A stretch of DNA of 62,993 nucleotides, counting the filler, from Reticulomyxa filosa (lineage: Eukaryota; Protista; Foraminifera), in NCBI GenBank assembly GCA_000512085.1. It is 18 parts of 18 records of this genome, joined end to end, with 100 filler letters (N's around TTAATTAATTAA, not from the genome) between each part and the next. Parts side by side here need not be neighbours in the genome. Positions count along the whole stretch, not along the records: positions 19,924 to 27,131 come from ASPP01027668.1; positions 27,232 to 28,243 come from ASPP01010765.1; positions 28,344 to 36,867 come from ASPP01023187.1; positions 36,968 to 38,453 come from ASPP01015078.1; 14 more parts are not named here. One strand, 5' to 3'. The translations under genes were made by a program, and so were the position numbers. The notes under the pieces were generated by a model. That model did not search any database, was not told the DNA's origin, and was given only the letters and a program-made list of their open reading frames with translations. This document shows positions 24,725 through 37,301 of this stretch, one piece after another; position 1 is the stretch's first letter; every line of letters begins with the position of its first letter.

Positions 24725-25927
24725 ATGAGCAATCAAGCCTTTCAAACTTTGAAGAAGTTACCAATTCCACTTGCTTCATCTCAATGTGTATTACACAAAC
24801 ACGAACTCCTCCTTTGTGGAGGTAGTGGTCAAAGAGACTGTTATTCTTATCATACGATCAAAAATGAATACAAGTTTATCTGTGAATATCCAAGTGATGT
24901 TGTAATAAGTGGATATTGTGTAGTGAAATTAGTAGATAACAAAAACAAAAATAAAGATAGTAATGAAATTACTTTATTATCTTTTGGTGGAGATGAAACT
25001 AGTAAAAGACATACATTAATGATGAAATATGTAAGTGTTTGGAGTAGTCACAGTCAAATAGATAAATCTAATAATTACAATAAATGGATTCAATTTACAG
25101 ACAATTATGATAATCCAATTATTATTAAAATAGATCATGATTTTTGTGATGGAATGCGTAGTGTGATTGGTGGAAGCAACAATCATTTGTTATTTATCAC
25201 TCATTATCCAAATGATATTCGTGTGTTTGATTTAAATACATTTCAACTTATTAAATATGATAACTTACCAACTGATTATTTTGAATATCATTGTTTTGTG
25301 TTAAAATCAGAAAACGGACAAGAAATGATAGGAAAAAAAATTGAAATGTTATTATTTTGTAGAAAGGATGGATTATTAATTGAATATGATGAAAATGATA
25401 ACACTTTTCAATTTCATCAACTACCTGTTTATAAAGATATTGAATCATTCTATAAATATGCGTATGTGTGCATTAATGATACCATTTTATTTTTTGGTGG
25501 ATCATATGGTATATCTAATTGTAGTAATATTTCAATGTCAGTACACAAATATTCAATACAAGAAAAAACATGGAATACATTTAAACATACTTTACCCAGT
25601 CCATTGAATTTATGTGCTGCAATATTAAATGAAGAAGACAATGATATACATATTATTGGAGGAAGAGATGATAAATTGAGATTAGTATCAACTCATATGA
25701 AGACTAAAGTGCGTATATGGGATGTTTCACAGTTGGTAATAGTTTATTTATTTATTTGTTTTGATGAAATAAAAAAAATTTTATTGATTAATAAATAATA
25801 AATAAATAAACAGTCAAAATATGAAATAAAATGTATTATTAAATATTGGATTCAAAATTTACAAGTAAAATTTGGATGGATTGATGATTTTGATAAAATT
25901 ATTTTTAAATATAGTAAATACATATAA
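24725..25927 (+). CDS. Kelch-like beta-propeller protein with C-terminal 33-aa module (2 exons)
   Basis: GG doublets with downstream aromatic residues (LLCGG..CYSY, LFFGG..VHKYS..TW, HIIGG). Intron 25736-25813; exon 2 encodes SKYEIKCIIKYWIQNLQVKFGWIDDFDKIIFKYSKYI*. Confidence 0.85.
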
Positions 25928-25975
25928 TTGATTTTTCAATGAAGAAGTAATTAAATATTGCTTTATTGATAAATA

Positions 25976-26953
25976 CAATAAAATGCAAAGTAAAATTGAC
26001 ATAAAACGGCATCTTATAGAGATGATTGATTTTCTAAATTAAAAAACAACATTCGACTTAATTTTTTTTAAATATCTACAAATCGTGTAATTTTTAAATA
26101 TAATTTTGGTCTTTTATTAAATCTTTACTAATTATTTAAAAAATTTGAATATTTTATTGATTTTTGAAAATTTTCGAGAAAAAGATAACAATCGTGAATA
26201 TGTCGTAACCATGAAACTTTACAATTTTTTTAAAAACATTCTCAGAAAATTTTAAATACGTGGATGTTGTAAAAAAAAGATTAGTCTTCTACGTTGCGTA
26301 GTTTTTGAGAAAACTCAATTTTTTATTAACAAAAAAAATTTTTTTTTGCAGAATTTAATGTTATTTTTAAAATTTATAGATTGTGAAGTCATGATGGTTT
26401 TTGACTAATGTTTGCTTTGGTCTTTACTTATCATTCTTTTTTCTTTTTTTTTTTGTCCCAATACCAAACAAATCAAGCTAATTCAAAAGCATAAGAATTG
26501 TTTTTAATGAAAATTACAATTTGGTTAAATCATTTTTTGCTTTGTATGTCTCTTTGTCAATTTTTTCCAATTTTAATTCAAATTGTTTCTAAAGTTCTTC
26601 TTTTGAGCTGAATAGTCCATTTTTGAATATTTTTGTTTTTATATTCATGACTTACATGGAAATTTTTTTTGCAACTTTGAGCGAACTCCAGTCCTAAGCA
26701 ACAGTTCAACAGCACGCCTTTTGTTAAAATTATAAATCATTTAGCAATTTTTTTTTAAAAAAGAATTAAAAAACTCAAATATTGAATAATTAATAAAGAT
26801 TTAATAAAAAACGATATTTAAAAAGTACACGATTTGCAGATTTTTTTTTTTGAAATAAAAAAAAATTATGTCTGAATGTTGTTTTTTCATGTAAAAAATC
26901 AATAATTTCTATAAGATACCGTTTTATGTGTCAACTTTACTTTGCATCCTAAA
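25976..26953 (-). mobile_element. Internally deleted Tc1/mariner element with long (about 170 bp) TIRs
   Basis: atgcaaagtaaaattgacataaaacggcatcttataga... at 25983 is the inverted match of ...tctataagataccgttttatgtgtcaactttactttgcat ending at 26947. An internal minus-strand relic (aaaagaagaactttagaaacaatttgaattaaaattggaaaaaat) is homologous to the transposase at about 28690-28745. Confidence 0.8.
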
Positions 26954-27231
26954 GTTGATGATAAACAAATTGTTTTGCGCTATTTTTAATGAAATATAAA
27001 AATTAAATTGAAATTGTTAACATTAAAGGAATAATTATATCTTACAATGTACAAAGATTTAATACAAAAATAAAAAAAAAGTAACATTATATTTTTTAAT
27101 TTCAAAATTTTTTGCAGTATAAAATTGTTATNNNNNNNNNNNNNNNNNNNNNNNNNNNNNNNNNNNNNNNNNNNNTTAATTAATTAANNNNNNNNNNNNN
27201 NNNNNNNNNNNNNNNNNNNNNNNNNNNNNNN

Positions 27232-27273
<42 letters not shown>

Positions 27274-27913
27274 GACGTCCGAATGTTAGTCCGAACATAT
27301 TGCACATACACATGCACAGCCCGAAATTGTATGAAAACAAAACCGATCCGATATCATTGGAAGACAAAATGTCAGATGATGCTGTATCCGATGTTGAAGA
27401 AAGTGCCAAAGCTTCTATGTGCGTGAGATGCTAAAAGAAATACATACTTGTAGCTTTTTTCCCTTTAATGTAAATTCGTCAAAACAAAATGAATCTTTGT
27501 TGCCTTTGTTTTTTGCTTTGTTTTGTTTGGCCGTTTGTTTTTGCTGATACTTTAACCACATTGTCAATGAAAATTAATGTAAACAATTCTCTTAGAGTTC
27601 GTGCAAGCACTACTTTCAAAAAAAAGATGCAGGACAAATCTTTTGTACAATGGACATCTCGTAATGTGGACCATAAATTGTTTCTCAGTTTAGATTGAGT
27701 CACAACGGTGCTATAAAAAAACCATACACGGTAACGAAAATTGCATAAGATTTATTTCCTGACAAAATTAAGAGTTTATAGAAGGTCAAACAAAAAACTA
27801 ATTTCCCATCGTCTATTTCATGTGCCTTGACTGGACAATGAAAACCTAGTTGTGACCGCTGTTAAAAAAAAAAAAAAGGGCCTGAAACTTAAAAATATAA
27901 TACAATATCTATA

Positions 27914-28243
27914 ATGAGCGAAGAGAAAAAAAAATCCAAAAAAAGAGCATTTTCGCAGTTGATAGCAGAAGATGCAATGGAAGAGTTTTATCGAGGGCAA
28001 AAGCCTAAAACAGTTAGTGTCGAGGCGTGTTTGCCTCCTTCCGTTGTACTGAGTATGTTTTTTGGTGAAGGGTGTGATCACAACAGCAAAATATCGACTT
28101 TGGAATAGCAAAGGTTGCCACGTTGGGCGCAACTCCCGCACCACTTGTGCCACCAGATGTCGACTGCGAACTCTGCTTTTGTAAAAGGGGACTTGAATAA
28201 AGTAAGTTTAAGTGAAACCAAATCCAAAAAAAAAAAAAAAAAA
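27914..28243 (+). CDS. Possible TFIIIC TPR subunit (Tfc4/GTF3C3-like), N-terminal fragment
   Basis: Spliced exon QRLPRWAQLPHHLCHQMSTANSAFVKGDLNK resembles the Tfc4/GTF3C3 L...L..LM..AN.AF.RG/ND segment preceding the first TPR. Short and truncated. Confidence 0.45.
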
Positions 28244-28343
28244 NNNNNNNNNNNNNNNNNNNNNNNNNNNNNNNNNNNNNNNNNNNNTTAATTAATTAAN
28301 NNNNNNNNNNNNNNNNNNNNNNNNNNNNNNNNNNNNNNNNNNN

Positions 28344-29077
28344 ACCATTAGATGAAAATTCCATAACAAGAAGAACAAAATTTGGTGATTGAAGCATTTA
28401 GTCTGGTCATGTTTTGAAGCATTATGAATAGATAAGCTTAGATGGAGTAAATACTAATATATATAACGAAGTTTATCTGACGAAATATAAAAAGCGCCAA
28501 TTTCTGCTTAGAAAATAAAGAGAATTAGTTTTCAGCAAGATAATCCAACATGCCATAAATCGAAAAAAATTATAAAATGGTTGAAACAAAAAAAATGAAA
28601 AAAATGAATTTCCTGCAAATTCACCTGATTTAAATCAATTAAAAATCTTTGGTTGATAGTAAAGCAAGTATTCACAAAAAAGGACCATTTAATATTACGG
28701 AAGAACTTTGGAACCAATTCGAAATAGAATGGGAAAAAATAAAACAAACATTTGTGAAACCTTAATAAAGTCAATTCCAAAGAAAATACAGGCAGTTAAA
28801 AAAGCCAAAGAAGATTTAACACGTTGGTAAACTTGAATTAAATTTTAAAAAACAAATCTTTCATACTCATGCACCACAAAAATTTTTTTAAAATAAATGA
28901 AAGATTAAAATTTTTGAAAAAATTTTAAAGACTTAATAAAAAACCAAAATGATATTTAAAAACTACAAGATTCTTAGATATTTTTCAAAAAAATTTTGAT
29001 TAAATGTTGTTTTTTCATGGAGAAACACAATTATATAAGGTGACATTTTATGTGTCAACTTTCTTTTTTATACTATG
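28344..29077 (+). mobile_element. Tc1-like DNA transposon relic (degenerate DDE_3 transposase 3' half plus TIR), followed by a TA target
   Basis: Frameshifted peptides FQQDNPTCHKSKKIIKWL, F(P)ANSPDL, NLWLIVKASIHKKGPFNITEELWNQFEIEWEKI and ETLIKSIPKKIQAVKKAKEDLTRW*. The TIR at about 28910-29077 is homologous to about 26790-26950. TA at 29078-29079. Confidence 0.85.
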
Positions 29078-29510
29078 TACTTGTAATTGATCATTATGTT
29101 TGAAATCCCAAAAATGAATTGTTTTATCCAATAATAAAGAATAAATGACATTACGACCAATTCCGGTGTGCCCATTGAATGCATTTATTAATTTATAGAT
29201 GTGTCAATAATTGTAAAAAATAACAAAAATATATTTTTTTATTTTTATTGTAATTAAGTGAAAAACAAAGACTTAACATAATTGACAACTAGTTTATCGA
29301 TACCATTTATCCATCTCAATTTAATGTTTAATGTCCGAATCCAATTCTGAATAATGACTTGGATCTAGTTTTCCTTTGACTAATTCAATCACAAGTCACA
29401 TGCAATAAATACAATAAAAACTTAAAGACAATCAACTTTTTAAAAATTTGAAATAAAACTTACCACTACTATTGAATCAAAGTTTGTTTATCACTGATAA
29501 GTGTTGTCAT
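29078..29510 (-). pseudogene. WD40-family pseudogene interrupted by the Tc1 element
   Basis: Exon 29278-29379 reads SKEN*IQVIIQNWIRTLNIKLRWINGIDKLVVNY with an in-frame stop. AFNGHTGIGRNVIYSLLLDKTIHFWDFKHNDQLQV then ends exactly at the TA flanking the transposon. Confidence 0.85.
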
Positions 29511-30453
29511 TTTGCAACTCTTGTTTTTTGTCTTCAATGATGTAAACGGAAAATGTTCAACTTTTTTTTCAAGTTCAATGAAGTGATTTCAAAAATAAAA
29601 CTTGTGTTTTTTCTTAATGAAAAAAAAGAAAATAAATTAATTTGTTCAACTAAGTATTTCACAAATATTACAATATACAATATCTTTTACTTTTATAATT
29701 GTGTTAAAAACAATAAAATATCTTTTTTTATTATTCAACATGTCAATAATTAATTAATTAAAATAAAATTATTTTGTTAAAATGAAAATGCAAATATTCT
29801 TATTATAAAGTTGTTGAACCAAATAAAATGAATTATATGTTTTTAATCAATTAACCCTTCAACGAAACAAACAAATCAAAAGATAAGAAAATAACACTAG
29901 CTTGTAGGGTAAGTACATATCATACAATATCAATATTACTGTAACGGTGGGATCCCCTGTTGATTAAAATCTCTTAACAAACACAACTCATTTTTGTCTT
30001 GTTTTTACTTATTTCCTTTCTTGTGTTGCAATTATTTTTGTAAACTTAACTTTCTTTTACTGAAGTTGCTTTTTTGTAATTAAGTTCCTTTCGTATTAAA
30101 CTTAGTCTTCTGCTAGTAGAAGCATTCACGACTTGAAATTGTGTCAATATATTCTATCGCACAATCATTTATTAAATCTACAATTTCTAGATATAGAACA
30201 ACTTCATTAGCTCATTCTCTTTCTTCTTTTCTTTCTCTTACTTCTTTTTTTGATTTATTACTTTTTCACCATTTGGATTTTTTTTATTACAAAACTATCA
30301 TGCTATTTCTTTCACATGTTCCTCCAATGCATTATCTCTATCTTATGCTTTTTTCAAAGTTGACATAATTGCTTATTTTCTGCATTTCTTCATTGTCCAT
30401 CAACTACATTGAATTGAACGAAGCAAAAATTTGCTTAAAAGCTTGCGTGACAT

Positions 30454-30950
30454 TTGGTATTATCTTCAACAGCTCCAGTCAATTCATACTTGAAAGTATT
30501 GCAAGAGCTAGTAGACAAAAAAGCAACTTTTGAGAAAGTCATCGTGAAAAATACAGAACTAATTCCTCAAACATTGACACCAACCAAACAAAAAGAACAG
30601 CACTTATCTTTTCATCAAATGGAATCATTTAATCTTGGGTCTGTGAAATTTTGAACTGTGAGGAAGACAAAATTATTCGTTGAATTCGTGAACTTAAAGA
30701 CGCTGCAACGGATATGACGTTGTTTTTCCAAGAGTACATCGTTTAGTAAACCAGTTACGGGGAACTCTTGGCGTAGAACATGCATATCAAATACTACCAA
30801 AGGTACAGCAATTATGTGGTCAAGAAGACTGACACAACACCTCAATGTGTCAACTTCATCAGATGTGTACAGTCATGTTGTTCGAGAAGAGAAAAAAAAT
30901 TCTTTTTTTTTTTCGCTATTTAAAAGTCATTTGTGAACCAAAAATTCTCT
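30454..30950 (+). pseudogene. Degenerate RING/TRAF-type zinc-finger family relic
   Basis: Frameshifted fragments ESFNLGS.., EEDKIIR*IRELKDAATDM and RYLKVICEPK echo the N-terminal RING-like block of a Reticulomyxa-type family. Multiple stops. Confidence 0.35.
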
Positions 30951-32453
30951 TTTCCGTGCAGTTTCATTTACAAAACCAGCATGTCAGTAGTCAAAAAAAC
31001 AAATGTGAAGCAAGGAGAATAACCACAAATAAATTAGATGTTTTTCATTTTTGTACCTCAAGAGCCTAAAAAAACTTTTTGATTCTTTGATTTTGATCCT
31101 GCAATTCAAAGAGATGATAATAGATTTTTTGTTTCTAATGCCTTTTTTTAACTTTGTTCCATTTCAGTTTTATAAATTTTTCCAAAAAAGAATATAGCAT
31201 AAAAAAAAATATGCTTCAATTACATTTGTCGTATTTTTCTACATCTTGGATAAGTTGTTTTGTAAATCAATTAAAACCAGGACTCTACTGTTTTCAGTTC
31301 GTTATGCGTAAAAAGAATACATAGAAATACAGACGTAGTATTCAAAAATTGTATAGAAAAATTATAAAAAGTAGTGAGGGAAGAGTAAATAGTGTTGCTG
31401 TTCTCTAAATTTCTACTCTTTGACGGAAATCCTGCAATTGCAAATTTTTTAACAAAACTGCAACTAATATTTTTTTTATATGTATACCACAAATTTGTCT
31501 GCAGAATTCACAAACGATATCCAACTACTTCAAGAGATAATAAACAGCAAAACTTTCACATTTACTTCATTTCTTGCAAAAAGTAGCACAAAAAATTTTG
31601 GTTTTAATTGGCCAATGAAATGTTGATTCATCAAAAACAGTTCAAAAAATCAAGTATGAATATAAGTGAAAACTATATACTCTCTTTTTGCCAGTTTTGG
31701 GAAACAAAGTCAGTTTCTTGAGAAAAGAAACGAACAGCTTGCTAAGTAAATCACTAACAAATTTGATTTTTATGTTTTATTGTCGACTTGGCAACCTAGA
31801 AGTCGTTGTAGAAATTTTTTCACTATTGTGAAGTTTGTGCTTTATCGGGACAATATTGTGAAAACACTTCTTGAATAACAAAGCATGTCGTTGGAAATAT
31901 GTTTATGCCATTCACAAAATTAGTTTGTTTGAAAGCAATGGACCATTACTTTTTTTAGAAATTGTAGGATTTTTGCGTTGCGTCATTCTTATTTGAGGAG
32001 TAGAAATCAAAATAATCTATTTTTACACCTAAATATGACTTGTTTGTCATAAGAACATAACACAATGTTACTCTTGTAATCTTGTATAAGCTGATTGGTT
32101 GATGACAGCATAGGATAAAGTTCTGTCTGAATTCAAATCTTCACAGAAACAGTAAAGAAGTGATTTCACATGCGATAACACTAAACAAAGATTATGAAAA
32201 GAAGAAAAAACGCAAAATGGAATCGAAACTTTGCAACAGTATTTTTAAAAGATTAGATTTAAATTTTTTGTTGTATGAGGAAAATTGATCGTCTTTTGAG
32301 GTAGCATATATATTTTTTTGAGACGTTAGTTTTCGTCAAAAATTTAATTATTGTAAGATCGATTTTAAAGAGTTTTTAAAAATTGATCGTATTTGGAACT
32401 ATTTATTGACGTCCAACGAAATATTGTCTCTTTGTGCGATCTCAGATAAGTAA

Positions 32454-32700
32454 TTATTTGATTTCTGCTATATTGTGAAATGTAGCTGACAAAAATCTCA
32501 AGCTGTTGTGAATCCATTCATACCATTTCGGTCTCAGATTTTTCCATCGTCTCTCAATAAATCGGTCATTTTTCGTTTTTAAATGACCTATTTCTGTGCT
32601 CAAAGTATAGCAACATTCTTCCAATGACTGATTGTATTCTTTCATTGATCTAATAATTTTCATTAATTGTTCATTCTTTTGTTTCTATCTGCCGCTCGTT
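32454..32700 (-). pseudogene. Coiled-coil family pseudogene fragment
   Basis: KEYNQSLEECCYTLSTEIGHLKTKNDRFIERRWKNLRPKWYEW followed by loss of frame; no intact gene model. Confidence 0.3.
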
Positions 32701-34311
32701 TCGATCCAACAAGGCCGATATTCCACTCTTCAATAAAACTAATACCTTAACAATGCTTTTTCAAATTCGTTTTTGCACACTCTCTTCATCGAATATTTGT
32801 TGAGAGCTTATTGATTTTTGACGTCACACTTAATATTTTTATCTCCAAAATCATATTCAAGTGAAAGCTTTTTTAGTAAACAATAAATCGCAAAATATGT
32901 TATTTGCGTTTGCATCGATTGATATTACAATCAATTTTTACTTTACATAGATGTTTTTATTTGAAAATTGTTATTTATTTTTTTAGAACAAATAATCCAA
33001 TCAATTATCTTATATCTCATTATTCTGGTAAAAGATTATTTTTCAAAAATAAGAAGTGTGATTCATGTAAATGAAAATAGTATAAATATTAAATTTTCTT
33101 TAAGATGTCAATTATTATAAAAAAAAATTTGTAGATAATATATACTTGACCTTAGCAAAATTTAGCGTATTTCCACAAATTAATATTAATTTTAAAATAT
33201 AATTATATGTACTATTTTAATAACATGCAACACACTTTTTATAATATTTTTGAAAGAATGAAATGTAAATATATTTGAATATAACAAAATTTGTCACTTT
33301 TGTTAATGCAATTTATATTTAAAATTGATTTTTTCACATTTATCATTAAAAAGTGCACGAACAAAAAATTCATTTCGTTATATTAGTTATGTTGTGTTAA
33401 AGAAACAATAACAGTTGCCGATTTGCAAATTCCTTAGAGCAAAAAAAAAGAAAATTGTGATAGTGACAGCGAAACAAGTGCGAAACGTTGCGAACAAGTT
33501 GATGTGCATAAGACCTCTTGTCTTTGTTGACGGTGTTCAATGAAATGACTAAAATTTCACAAAAATTGTTTAGACGAAGCAACTTGTTTTTGGCAACTTT
33601 GAACGAATGATTACAAATAACTTCTTATTCATCCTTGGATATATCTCAAGCAAAACAATTGTTTGTTGTCATCGACTTTTGAAAGTGTGTGACAGTATCG
33701 AAAAGGAGTTTGTTCAAGTCACACTTCCTGTGATTGACGCTGATCCCAAACAAAAATGCAAATGAGATCATTATAAGCAAAATGGTGAGACTTTGGCATA
33801 TTGATGTGGATTGATGCTGACATCATGATCAAGTTGTCAGATTACAATAAATCACGTGGATTTGGCAAGAAATTCTAAGAGAGAAGGAAAGAAATAGCTG
33901 AAAGAAAACGAAACAAAGAGTGGAAATCATCTTGTTTTGTGTTGTTTGTTTAGCTTTTTGAGTTCAAGCGTTGTTTCAATGGAGAAAATTTTGCGGTTCT
34001 ATCACTTGCAAAATAATTTTTGATTGCATGTGTTTCACACTTTACTGCCTCAAGAAATCTCTTTCAAACTAAACAATTTTGCCTGCATTTTTAATCTTAT
34101 TTTCTTTCTAATAAATGCAACATAATTTCTGACCACTAGCATATGATTTAAAAATTGTAGTAATTTTTTGGTGGGCTACGCGATTAACGATTCTTATGTA
34201 TGAAAATTGCCTATTGTAAAAGATTGTTTTTTCAGAAAAAAACGGTTAGTAGTGTTTTGTGCGTTGACTGGCCGAACTAGGGCCACAATAATTTTTGTTC
34301 ACCATTAGAAC

Positions 34312-36031
34312 ATGCATCAAATCGCACATAAAGATTCAGATAATGATGTTGAATCTTCGGACACTGATTTTAATTTTGGGGATATGAATCTCTCCGACAA
34401 CGACGATTCGTCCAATCACTCAAACAGACTTGCTCTTCGTGTCAAAACAAATACCAATCTCCAACAAACAGAACCAAAAGTGAGTAAAAAGAGTGTGAAA
34501 TAAGAAGATTGATTTGTATAAATGATTTTCAAAAACAAAAAAAAAGTGGTTTCTCAACGGCAAAAATGTTGAAAATATTGGAAAAGTGAACAAGGACAAA
34601 CCGAAAAAACCATTGAATCGAGAAGACGAAGAATTGAACACAAAACGTTATCAATGTGAATATATGTACACAATCGAGAATTATGAAGTAGCTTTGCGAA
34701 TAGTACGAGACATATTTGACAACTACAATGTCAAAGTTGAGGAACATATTTTATTTTTTATTTTTTGCCACCTAAACGCAAAAACGAACAAAAAAATAAA
34801 AAATTAAAAATTAAAAGATGAATTCAGAATATGGTAATCAGTTAGTTGATATTTTGTTGCGGTGCCTAATAAAATGTGGCCAATATGAAGAAACCTTAAA
34901 ATGGACCGAATCGTTGGTAGTTGTTTTATGCTTTGGTTTTCTCTCAACAGCTTTTATATTTAAAAAAAAAAATGCACCCCCTTAATTTGCAATATACATA
35001 TAGTTGAATCGTCCTTGCATTTCATCTTTTGAAGTTCTTCAATTGATTTACTTCAATACTCAAAAATACTCAGGTTTAGTTTCTTTCATTCATTTTTAAA
35101 TTTTTTTTTTTTCTTATTTATTGTTGATGTATTCATACTGTGTTACAATATGCCCGTTCGATAGAGTGCATGTCTCTTTGCATGAGTTTATGTGGCAAAG
35201 ATGTACAGCGCCCGATTTGGTGGTATCATTTGGTATGTTATCGTATCGAATACTCTTCACTTGACGTTTTTTTGTTTGTTTTTTTTTTTGAATGGACATC
35301 AATTACAAATGAGCACTGATCATATACCAATCAGAGCGCTTGCATAATGAAATTAACTTATTATGCATTTTCCTTTATTTGTCTTCAACGTTGCATGCTC
35401 AATCTTGTCTATTTAAAGCAGCTTTGTTTTGTGTTTTTGTTGTCTTTTTTTTTCCTTCTCTCTTCTTCAATGGCGAAGATCGAAGCCATGGAAAAATAAC
35501 CAATATCATAGAAACCCTGGCTTAGTGGAATTGCACGGATATTATCATGAGATACATGAAAAATGTGAGAGCAACAGCAAAGAATTGGAAAAACTACTAA
35601 CAGACGATCCGTTTTTTACAAGTTGGATTTATGACCAAAACGAAATTTTGAAAATTGAATCGATGACCGATGATCGAAGCATGAAAAGAGCGCAATATCT
35701 ACATTATATCCAAAATGCAACGACTTTGCTATGTAAGTACGGTTACATGACTCTGAAACTTGAGCGGTATCATAAGACTGATGACAATCAATTCACTACT
35801 CCTGGAGAGTTTGTTGACAAATTTTTGTGTGAATCAATTGTTGAGCCAATCACAAATCCTTCCAACAAAACTGGAAAAGATGACTTGGATATGAAAGAAG
35901 TAGAATCTTTTGAGGCATCTGGAGACACAACAACAAACCAATTTGCTTGTGACATTTGTTCTGAGACTTTTGACGTTGAGATCGATCTCACACTGCATCT
36001 ACAAATACATGAAAAAGCAATTCCTCATTGA
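34312..36031 (+). CDS. Uncharacterised multi-exon protein with a helical/TPR-like middle and a C-terminal C2H2 zinc finger
   Basis: Acidic N-terminus, exon LVDILLRCLIKCGQYEETLKWTESL, and last exon FACDICSETFDVEIDLTLHLQIHEK (CX2CX12HX3H). Internal exon structure is uncertain. Confidence 0.6.
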
Positions 36032-36967
36032 ATTTTTATTTCTTATTCTAATCTTGTTTAATTTGAGTAAAAAACCTTACGAAGAAACAAAGGAAAAGAA
36101 TAATTAATTATTCATTAGAAGATCAGGCCATGCATATCTTTTATTCAATCGTTTTTTTGATCACCAGTTGTTGTGCCGAAACAAAGAACATTGTAACAAA
36201 CTTCAATTACCGATTTGGAGGATTGAGTGAAACAAGTCAACTTTTTAAACATTTAATACAATTGATTGAAGAAAATAAATTTGTGAAAGTAAATTATAAA
36301 TTCTTTGATGACAATATAAAAAAAAGATTAAACATATGTTGATTTATTATTAAAATCAAATTTTTTAATTCTTATTTGAAAATATTTTTGTCATTTTTCT
36401 TGTTTCACTAGACAATAAAACTATAATTTTTTGAATGATAAAATAAAAAGAAAATGTTATAAAAAGTGTGATTTATGTAATTAAAATGAGTCATATAATG
36501 ATTTTAAAATTTATATTAATGAGTTGAAATAAGATAAATTGTTGCCTATGTCAATAGCATATTATCTATGTATATATATTTTTTTCATAATTATCATAAT
36601 TTATAACTTATATAAAATTATTTACATAAATGACAATTCTTTTTTTTTGAAAAATGATTTTTTTGCATAATAACGAATATATGAAATAATTGATTGAATT
36701 ATTTGTTCTAAAAAAATATTATAACAATTTTCCAATAAATAGACATTTCTATAAAGTAAAAATTGATTGAAATATCAATTAACACAAACCCAAACAACAT
36801 ATTTTGTAGTTATATTTCCTTTCTCTCCAAATCATTATGCAAGTGAAAGCTTTTTCAGTAAACAATANNNNNNNNNNNNNNNNNNNNNNNNNNNNNNNNN
36901 NNNNNNNNNNNTTAATTAATTAANNNNNNNNNNNNNNNNNNNNNNNNNNNNNNNNNNNNNNNNNNNN

Positions 36968-37007
36968 CGTTGGCGGGGCTGATCAGTTTGCGTCGAATGC
37001 GATCCAT
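36968..37007 (-). CDS. 5' end of a divergently transcribed bacterial gene (MDRIRRKLISPAN...)
   Basis: ATG at 37007 preceded by AGGAAAAC; truncated by the gap. Confidence 0.4.
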
Positions 37008-37301
37008 GATGTTTTCCTTGCAAGACCTGATGGCATCATTATCAGATACTGACAGTGAAAACTTTAATGCCATAAGCAATGCTGCACATAGGCAGTGCTA
37101 CTTCAATAAGCCTGCATTGATTTTTGCAGGATGGCAACGAATGTTTGGATGGCAAAAATACTACGCATTCGACATTTATCACATCGTTTGAATCAACTTT
37201 TTCTGTAGGTTTTCATGACAAGTGCATGGCATATGTTGTGGCCACTCGCGGCCGCTGCCCATACTGCCCCTTGCTAACCAACTGGTAGCGGGGAGGAAAA
37301 C

